The translations under genes were made by a program, and so were the position numbers. Under the pieces are notes generated by a model, which saw only the letters and a program-made list of their open reading frames with translations, was not told where the DNA came from and ran no database searches. A stretch of 12,149 nt of DNA, taken from IMG/VR virus record IMGVR_UViG_2737471817_000011, positions 1-12,149 of that record. One strand, written 5' to 3'. The number at the start of each line of letters is the position of its first letter. The first letter of the stretch is position 1. This document shows, piece after piece, positions 6,752 to 12,149 of the stretch. The stretch is from a virus (lineage: Duplodnaviria; Heunggongvirae; Uroviricota; Caudoviricetes).

Positions 6752-8644
6752 ATGCCAGAACAATTATACAACGTTGTTGTTTCACAACCAAGTCAGTTAT
6801 TTACTTTAGCTCGCTCGTTTAAAGCAAATGCCAATGGCAAAATTTATATCGGAAAAATTGACACTGACCCTGTAAATCCTGAAAACCAGATTCAGGTTTA
6901 TGTGGAAAACGAAGACGGCTCTCACGTTCCTGTATCGCAACCAATCATCATTAACGCTGCTGGTTACCCGGTATATAACGGACAGATTTCCAAGTTCGTA
7001 ACCGCGCAAGGCTATTCTATGGCTGTGTACGATGCATACGGCTCTCAGGAGTATTACTTCTCGAGAGTTAAAAATGACACGCGGTCAGTCACATCATTCC
7101 TGAGTAGCAGGGAATTATGGAAGAAGTACTTGAAGGAATTTGGAATCGTTCTAGTTGATGGTAGCTTTGAGGAAGGGGCAACAGTTAGCGCACCAAATCA
7201 GGCTGTATGGTATAAGTTTGATGGAAAGTGCTATGCAAGAGTAACCGGAGATAGCGTTATCGTTGCATCTGGCTCATCGCCAGACTCAGGCTGGACATCT
7301 GACATTGGCTCACGCATTAAAGCGTGGCTCCCTAATACATCACCAAATACAGATGTATCTACGCGTTTGCAGGCATTGCTTACAGTCGGGAAAGGTGAGA
7401 TTAAAATCCCTGACGGGCGCTATACGGTAAACACCGTCCTTATTACTAACTTTAGCGATTCATCATTCCCATCACTGGGGGCTGGCAGTCCACGTTATAA
7501 TTTTAGCGGTTCATCGATTAACAATACTATTTTCACGGTTTCTGATAATTACTTGCTGAATCACACTGGTGGGGTGAGCGGAACTGTAGTTCATGGAACA
7601 AACACTTATATGAGAACCGGTGATTGTCAGATAATTGGAACTGGAGCAACAAGTAGCGGTGGTTTCAAGTTTAGTTTTTGCACATTTATTGAAGTCGAAA
7701 ATATACGTGCAGCATTGCTTGGAATTCCAGTGTATTTTGCAAACTGCATATATAACTATGTGCGAAACATCAGAGTTGATAATTCTCTGTACGGCATATT
7801 TACAGAAAGTTCAGATCCATCATTCCCAACAAATTCAACATTTGTTGATGATTCAACATTTACTTACTGCTCAAGATATGCTGTAGAGGCGACCATTGGT
7901 CTCACCTTTAACATGACCAATTGCAGTATTGAGAAAAATGGTGTACAAGGTGATGTAAATACTGGTGGGATTTATTTAAAGGTTACTGAGCCGTTAAGTG
8001 TTATAAATATCACTGGAACGTATTTTGAAGCAAACAAAGGAAATGCTGACATAACTGTCCTTAACTCTGGCGGCGGCACCATAGTCGTAAATTTAATAGG
8101 TTGCACGTTTAACAGAGGTAACTCAGATGGGGGTTATACATTAACAAACTTCAAATCACTGTCTCATGCAGGGGTTGGTAAGATTATACTAAATCTACAA
8201 GGGTGTCATTTCTTCTCAAATACATCGTGGGGATTTACTCCATCGGCTGATAAACCTTTTATTACACCTGACACATGGCTTACTGTTAATGGTCTGGATA
8301 CATGTACATTCAGTGAAACAACAAGTCTACCAGACACTATTCAATCAAGCTCATCCAGTATTAGCGTCAAGGTTGCTGCGGATGGTACAAAAATCAGCGG
8401 CCCATCCTACATCACAACGTCAAAAACAGGAACTGGAGTTTATTCAGTAACAAGTAATTATCCATTAGGTACATCGCCTGTTGGCAATGATTATTCCGTA
8501 ATGGCTATATCCAACATCGATGGTTTTGTTGTTACAAGCTCGGCAAATCAAAGTGCAACTTCCTTTAATGTAAGAACTAAAAGTTCTTCCGGTTCCGCTG
8601 CAGACACAGCCTTTAGTGTGACAATTACAAGACGAATTGGGTGA
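6752..8644 (+). CDS. Tailspike protein: P22-type N-terminal head-binding domain plus a distinct beta-helix-like receptor-binding domain
   Basis: Residues ~10-105 ([72 protein letters not shown]...AVYDAYGSQ) parallel the P22 gp9 head-binding domain as I recall it. The rest is Ser/Thr/Asn/Gly-rich with repeated N-x-(S/T) and Cys-containing short repeats, typical of right-handed beta-helix depolymerases. Alternative start at 6743. Confidence 0.85.
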   Translation: MPEQLYNVVVSQPSQLFTLARSFKANANGKIYIGKIDTDPVNPENQIQVYVENEDGSHVPVSQPIIINAAGYPVYNGQISKFVTAQGYSMAVYDAYGSQEYYFSRVKNDTRSVTSFLSSRELWKKYLKEFGIVLVDGSFEEGATVSAPNQAVWYKFDGKCYARVTGDSVIVASGSSPDSGWTSDIGSRIKAWLPNTSPNTDVSTRLQALLTVGKGEIKIPDGRYTVNTVLITNFSDSSFPSLGAGSPRYNFSGSSINNTIFTVSDNYLLNHTGGVSGTVVHGTNTYMRTGDCQIIGTGATSSGGFKFSFCTFIEVENIRAALLGIPVYFANCIYNYVRNIRVDNSLYGIFTESSDPSFPTNSTFVDDSTFTYCSRYAVEATIGLTFNMTNCSIEKNGVQGDVNTGGIYLKVTEPLSVINITGTYFEANKGNADITVLNSGGGTIVVNLIGCTFNRGNSDGGYTLTNFKSLSHAGVGKIILNLQGCHFFSNTSWGFTPSADKPFITPDTWLTVNGLDTCTFSETTSLPDTIQSSSSSISVKVAADGTKISGPSYITTSKTGTGVYSVTSNYPLGTSPVGNDYSVMAISNIDGFVVTSSANQSATSFNVRTKSSSGSAADTAFSVTITRRIG

Positions 8645-8649
8645 TTAAG

Positions 8650-8679
8650 GATGGCGCATATGCGCCATCTTTTTATTTA
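8650..8679. terminator. Bidirectional intrinsic terminator between convergent tailspike and gtrC genes
   Basis: Perfect 20-bp palindrome GATGGCGCATATGCGCCATC (8650-8669) followed on the + strand by TTTTTATTTA. The gtrC stop codon (8673-8675) lies in the T-run. Confidence 0.65.
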
Positions 8680-9947
8680 TTGATTACGCAATCATAAAAG
8701 GCTGATACCTGACCTAAATTACCAAAAAACCAATACTCTCTGTTGTTAATATATCTATATGTATATGGCGTTGAGATTCTATTAACTTTAATTCCATTTT
8801 TACACGACCCATTAAACCTTGCAGATTCAATTGTTGATTCTCTTAATGAATCTTGTGCTGAATATGCAACAGCTGCCTTAAGAGCAAGTAATGATGATGG
8901 AACCGACAGTAACACGATGGATAGCAAAATTATTATTGATGCCTTGCTTTGTTGTGATATCACCAAAATAGTGGAGCGAGTTATAACTGCTGTCATTATG
9001 CACCATGAGAACATGAATGCCCTTGCTTCTGTGTATGGTGACATAATCATTGAACCATCAACAAGAACAGCGGCAATAATACAGAGCCATATTTTTACAC
9101 TCGCTTTATTGGTATAAATTAAATATCCAATTGAAATAACGGATATAAACATTAAAAACCATGATGTAGTTACGAAAACAGTGATAACATCAATAATTCT
9201 TGCCGTGATGTAATCAATGCTCATTCCATTGTAATTTAAAGCATGTTGATAAAATTCCTTTCTCCGTACTGTTGATGGAGCTAGAACAATGATAATCCAT
9301 CCTGCCAACACAAAAATCATAGGAATAATGCGCTTTATTGATAGATTATCATTAATAAAACAAAATAATAACATCGTTATAAGTAAAGCAACTGGTACAT
9401 TTTCAAAACTAAGTCCAGCCAAGAGACATGCAAATAAATACACGCAATAATATTTTATTTTTATTTTTTCAATTAAATTGTAATTTATATACACAAGCAA
9501 TACCGATAGCGTTATTACCATCGGTTGCAGGTATCCAGCATTTGCTGTTTTCCAGAAAAAAACCTCAAATCCAGGCCAGAACGAATATATTGCAATAATT
9601 GAAACGCATGTCCCAAACATAGCGTTATTGCTATCATCTGAGAAAATCCTGAAAATAATATAAGATAGGGCCAAAAAAGAAATAATTGATACGACTATAA
9701 AAAATGTTGGCGGCATGCTCAAGTTAAATATTGCAAGTTGCTCACCAAGCCTTGCGTTCCACATTTCAATTTGTCTTGCTGATCTTTCAACTGAATACAT
9801 GATTCTTGTAATCAAGTCGTGATTAATGAATCTTTTGGTTAATGCAAAATCCTCACCAGCCAATGGGAATATTGAGAATGTTATTGCATAAACAGATGTA
9901 AGAAAGCCTGCAACTATGTAGATGCAGCGATTTATGTTATTTACCAC
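8673..9947 (-). CDS. gtrC: GtrC-type serotype-specific O-antigen glucosyltransferase (polytopic membrane protein)
   Basis: 424-aa, strongly hydrophobic ORF with many predicted transmembrane segments, immediately downstream of gtrA-gtrB and overlapping the gtrB stop by 11 bp. GTG start 5 nt after AGGAGG. Very AT-rich (only 11 G/C in 9421-9480). Confidence 0.75.
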   Translation of the reverse strand: MVNNINRCIYIVAGFLTSVYAITFSIFPLAGEDFALTKRFINHDLITRIMYSVERSARQIEMWNARLGEQLAIFNLSMPPTFFIVVSIISFLALSYIIFRIFSDDSNNAMFGTCVSIIAIYSFWPGFEVFFWKTANAGYLQPMVITLSVLLVYINYNLIEKIKIKYYCVYLFACLLAGLSFENVPVALLITMLLFCFINDNLSIKRIIPMIFVLAGWIIIVLAPSTVRRKEFYQHALNYNGMSIDYITARIIDVITVFVTTSWFLMFISVISIGYLIYTNKASVKIWLCIIAAVLVDGSMIMSPYTEARAFMFSWCIMTAVITRSTILVISQQSKASIIILLSIVLLSVPSSLLALKAAVAYSAQDSLRESTIESARFNGSCKNGIKVNRISTPYTYRYINNREYWFFGNLGQVSAFYDCVINK

Positions 9948-10863
9948 ATTCCCCTCCTTTCAGAATATAGCGCGGACGATGCTTAACTTCTGTATAAATT
10001 CTGCCAATATATTCACCAAGAACGCCGATTCCAATCAATTGAATGCCACCGAGGAATAGTATTGATACAAGAAGTGACGGATACCCAGGAACGTTGTTGC
10101 CAAACATCAGCTTGTCAATAATCATCCACGAGCCATACATAAATGACAGGCTGGCGACAAAAAGGCCAATGTATGTCCACATTCTCAGTGGTAAGGTAGA
10201 GAAGCTGGTGATTCCTTCGAGTGCCAGATTCCATAACTTCCACCCGTTGAATTTAGAATCACCTGCGACGCGTTCTGCCCTGGCATACTCAACAACATCT
10301 GTGCGTCCGCCAACCCAGCTCAGCACGCCCTTCATAAATAGGTTGCGTTCCGGCATGAGTTTTATGTTCTCCACGACCTCGCGGGACATCAGACGGAAGT
10401 CACCAACGTTTTCTTCAATCTTCGGATGACTAATTTTGTTGTGCAGTTTATAAAACCACTCAGCGGTTTTTCGCTTTAATCTTCCATCAGTAGATCGATC
10501 TGATCGTTTTGCAAGCACCATATCAGCACCTGCCTGCCACTTTTCAATAAGATGAGGAATAACCTCAATCGGGTCTTGCAGGTCAACATCAATTGGAATT
10601 ACAGCATCTCCGGTTGCATGGTCTAACCCTGCAAACAATGCTGGTTCTTTACCAAAGTTTCGTGTAAATGACAGCGGAACAACTAGAGGATCTGAAACGG
10701 ACAGAGCGTTAATGATTGACTCCGTAGCGTCTTTGCTACCATCATTTATAAAAACAATTTCCACTTCATATGGCTTCAACTCTTCGAATTCACGTACCGT
10801 TTTATAAAAAATTGGTATCGCTTCCTCTTCATTGAAGACAGGAACGACCAGAGATATCTTCAT
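9937..10863 (-). CDS. gtrB: GtrB bactoprenol (undecaprenyl-phosphate) glucosyltransferase, GT2 family
   Basis: 308-aa [53 protein letters not shown]... (GT2 N-terminal fold, DxD-type region PIDVDLQDP) with two C-terminal transmembrane helices, the classic GtrB/YfdH architecture. 4-bp ATGA overlap with gtrA. Confidence 0.92.
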   Translation of the reverse strand: MKISLVVPVFNEEEAIPIFYKTVREFEELKPYEVEIVFINDGSKDATESIINALSVSDPLVVPLSFTRNFGKEPALFAGLDHATGDAVIPIDVDLQDPIEVIPHLIEKWQAGADMVLAKRSDRSTDGRLKRKTAEWFYKLHNKISHPKIEENVGDFRLMSREVVENIKLMPERNLFMKGVLSWVGGRTDVVEYARAERVAGDSKFNGWKLWNLALEGITSFSTLPLRMWTYIGLFVASLSFMYGSWMIIDKLMFGNNVPGYPSLLVSILFLGGIQLIGIGVLGEYIGRIYTEVKHRPRYILKGGECGK

Positions 10864-11222
10864 TTCGCATCCCTAAAGACAATGAACTTTGAATAGACGA
10901 AACCGCACACCAAGCTGATGGCGGAGAAGGTGACAAGAGTGACAATTGGAGGAAGTGCACATCTATCAGCAGCCCATCCAACAGTAGCACTCAGTGTTCC
11001 CATGAACCCGACATATAACATGTAACGCATCGTTGTAGTTGATGCTTTGAATGTGAATTTTGCATTCGCGAAGAAGCTAAAACTCACAGCCACAACAAAA
11101 CCTGCGAAGTTTGCAAGAGCCTGATTTGTATGCGCGGCATAGATACATACACCAAAAACCACCCAGTGTATAAGTGTGTTCAGCACACCAATCGAGGTGT
11201 ACTTTGCAAATAGCTTTAACAT
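10860..11222 (-). CDS. gtrA: GtrA flippase-family small membrane protein
   Basis: 120-aa [62 protein letters not shown]... with four predicted transmembrane helices. Recognised from memory as GtrA (YfdG-like). First gene of the gtr operon, as in P22 and Shigella serotype-converting phages. Confidence 0.92.
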   Translation of the reverse strand: MLKLFAKYTSIGVLNTLIHWVVFGVCIYAAHTNQALANFAGFVVAVSFSFFANAKFTFKASTTTMRYMLYVGFMGTLSATVGWAADRCALPPIVTLVTFSAISLVCGFVYSKFIVFRDAK

Positions 11223-11386
11223 TTATTTAATCAATGAGTTCATGAAAGGCATGAAGTCTATCATCCAAGTCTCAATCGATCGATACTTGCTATGGTTGAT
11301 GAGACAAAACTGAGACACACAAAGCTTTGCACTGAATTGCAAGGCTTTGTTCTTCTCTGGAGTGCGACAAGTTTGATGACAAAAAA

Positions 11387-11421
11387 TTAGCGCAAGAGGA
11401 CAAAAAATCACCTTGCGCTAA
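11387..11421. promoter_or_regulatory. sib-like stem-loop (candidate RNase III retroregulation site) on the phage side of the P arm
   Basis: Stem TTAGCGCAAG (11387-11396) / CTTGCGCTAA (11412-11421) around a 15-nt loop. It sits where lambda sib sits relative to attP, on the far side of the P arm from int. Confidence 0.45.
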
Positions 11422-11567
11422 TGCTCTGTTACAGGTCACTAATACTATCTAAGTAGTTGATTCATAGTGACTGCATATGTTGCGTTTTGCAGTATTATAC
11501 AGTCTATTTTTTAAGCCAAATGTATTGTAAGTGATTGCTATTAATGATTTTTGCTGTTTCTGGTTCA
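11422..11567. promoter_or_regulatory. P arm of attR with Int arm-type sites (acaggtcactaat at 11431-11443; catagtgactgcatat at 11460-11475)
   Basis: The distal P arm (ctctgttacaggtcactaatactatctaagtagttgattcatagtgactgcatatgtt) matches lambda from memory. The core-proximal ~60 bp (aagccaaatgtattgtaagtgattgctattaatgatttttgctgtttctggttcagc) appears to differ from lambda. Confidence 0.65.
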
Positions 11568-11582
11568 GCTTTTTTATACTAA
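11568..11582. other. attR: attR core: second copy of the 15-bp core GCTTTTTTATACTAA, followed by bacterial B' arm (cttgagcg)
   Basis: Exact 15-mer at 11568-11582, a direct repeat of 1331-1345. Downstream cttgagcgaaacggg matches the attB right arm as I recall it. Confidence 0.9.
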
Positions 11583-11641
11583 CTTGAGCGAAACGGGAAG
11601 GTAAAAAGACAAAAAGTTGTTTTTAATACCTTTAAGTGATA

Positions 11642-11664
11642 CCAGATGGCATTGCGCCATCTGG
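11642..11664 (-). terminator. Stem-loop immediately downstream of ybhB (possible terminator or mRNA-stabilising hairpin)
   Basis: CCAGATGGC (11642-11650) / GCCATCTGG (11656-11664) with loop ATTGC, 9 bp after the ybhB stop. No clear U-run follows on the minus-strand transcript, so terminator function is uncertain. Confidence 0.3.
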
Positions 11665-11672
11665 CAGAGTGA

Positions 11673-12149
11673 TTAACTAAACATCGCAGTAATCGAGGCG
11701 CTTGCCAGAGAGTGGAAATGAACGTTAAACCCGACCATCGCGCCGCTGGCACCTTCATCGACATCAATACGTTCTATATCCAGCGCGTGAACGGTAAAAA
11801 TGTAGCGATGAGTTTCGCCTTTCGGCGGTGCTGCGCCATCGTACCCGGTTTTACCAAAGTCGGTACGCGTCTGCAAAACGCCGTCTGGCATTGCTACCAG
11901 ACCAGAGCCAAACCCTTGCGGTAATACGCGGGTATCAGCGGGTAAGTTAACAACTACCCAGTGCCACCAGCCGGAGCCGGTTGGCGCATCCGGGTCATAG
12001 CAGGTGACGACAAAACTTTTCGTTCCCGCAGGAACATCATCCCACGCCAGATGCGGTGAAATATTATCGCCATCGTAACCCATGCCGTTAAAGACATGAC
12101 GATGCGGCAACTTATCGCCATCGCGCAGATCATTACTGATGAGTTTCAT
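11673..12149 (-). CDS. ybhB: YbhB, PEBP (phosphatidylethanolamine-binding protein / RKIP) family protein
   Basis: 158-aa ORF MKLISNDLRDGDKLPHRHVFNGMGYDGDNISPHLAWDDVPAGTKSFVVTCYDPDAPTGSGWWHW..., PEBP signature DPDAP...GxxHW. Start codon is the last 3 bases of the window. Known neighbour of attB-lambda on the bio side. Confidence 0.88.
   Translation of the reverse strand: MKLISNDLRDGDKLPHRHVFNGMGYDGDNISPHLAWDDVPAGTKSFVVTCYDPDAPTGSGWWHWVVVNLPADTRVLPQGFGSGLVAMPDGVLQTRTDFGKTGYDGAAPPKGETHRYIFTVHALDIERIDVDEGASGAMVGFNVHFHSLASASITAMFS

Larger units (their letters stand above)
1331..11582. mobile_element. Defective lambdoid prophage remnant (~10.25 kb) integrated at attB-lambda; lambda-type integration module fused to a P22-like tailspike/gtr/immI-remnant module
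   Basis: Flanked by direct repeats of the 15-bp core (1331-1345, 11568-11582). int/xis lie next to attL; gtrABC and the P arm lie next to attR. No capsid, terminase, replication, cI/cro or lysis genes anywhere in the 10 kb. Confidence 0.85.

Noticed and set aside
6806-7886. 67-aa minus and 83-aa plus ORFs inside the tailspike gene
   Set aside because: Nested within the tailspike reading frame, which has the head-binding domain match.
8743-9117. 124-aa plus-strand ORF antisense to gtrC
   Set aside because: Lies wholly inside the gtrC frame on the opposite strand; AT-rich DNA gives long spurious frames.
10043-10429. 128-aa plus-strand ORF antisense to gtrB
   Set aside because: Antisense to the confidently identified GT2 glucosyltransferase.
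11223-11411. 62-aa minus-strand ORF ending immediately before the gtrA start
   Set aside because: Uses a GTG start inside the sib-like hairpin, has no Shine-Dalgarno, and is Cys/Phe-rich low-complexity; more likely untranslated leader or promoter DNA. Weakly held, because its stop directly abuts the gtrA ATG.
1331-11582. Complete, inducible lambda (or lambda-like) prophage
   Set aside because: The att-to-att interval is only ~10.25 kb, versus ~48.5 kb for lambda, and lacks cI/cro, O/P, Q, lysis, terminase and capsid genes.
1331-11582. Phage-inducible chromosomal island (PICI / satellite)
   Set aside because: The size fits, but there is no AlpA-type regulator, primase/replication initiator or small terminase/capsid-redirecting gene. 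The content matches the two ends of a helper-type phage instead.
11579-11767. 62-aa minus-strand ORF spanning the attR B' arm and ybhB 3' end
   Set aside because: Overlaps the ybhB coding sequence and the att site in another frame; not protein-like.
1-12149. CRISPR array, tRNA or rRNA genes
   Set aside because: No regularly spaced direct repeats and no cloverleaf-like or rRNA-like sequence was found on either strand. The only exact repeats are the two 15-bp att cores.

Overview
This window is the E. coli-type chromosomal lambda attachment locus (ybhC ... attB ... ybhB) occupied by a ~10.25-kb defective lambdoid prophage, bounded by two copies of the 15-bp lambda core GCTTTTTTATACTAA (1331-1345 and 11568-11582). 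The left end is lambda-like: P' arm, int, xis, a 55-aa ORF, then a leftward operon of small accessory genes (61-aa ORF, 93-aa PUA/ASCH-like, 100-aa Lar-like zinc ribbon, 254-aa unknown). The right end is P22-like: a probable 5'-truncated ejection-protein fragment, an Mnt-like repressor, an HNH-AP2 endonuclease, a tailspike with a P22-type head-binding domain, and a gtrA-gtrB-gtrC O-antigen glucosylation operon ending at the P arm. Replication, immunity, lysis, capsid and most tail genes are absent, with the apparent deletion junction near 4820-4860. The most interesting content is the gtrABC serotype-conversion module with a very AT-rich gtrC, next to an apparently intact orphan tailspike, plus the uncharacterised leftward accessory genes. 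All protein identifications come from reading the translations and from gene order; no database search was possible. No rRNA, tRNA or CRISPR array was seen.
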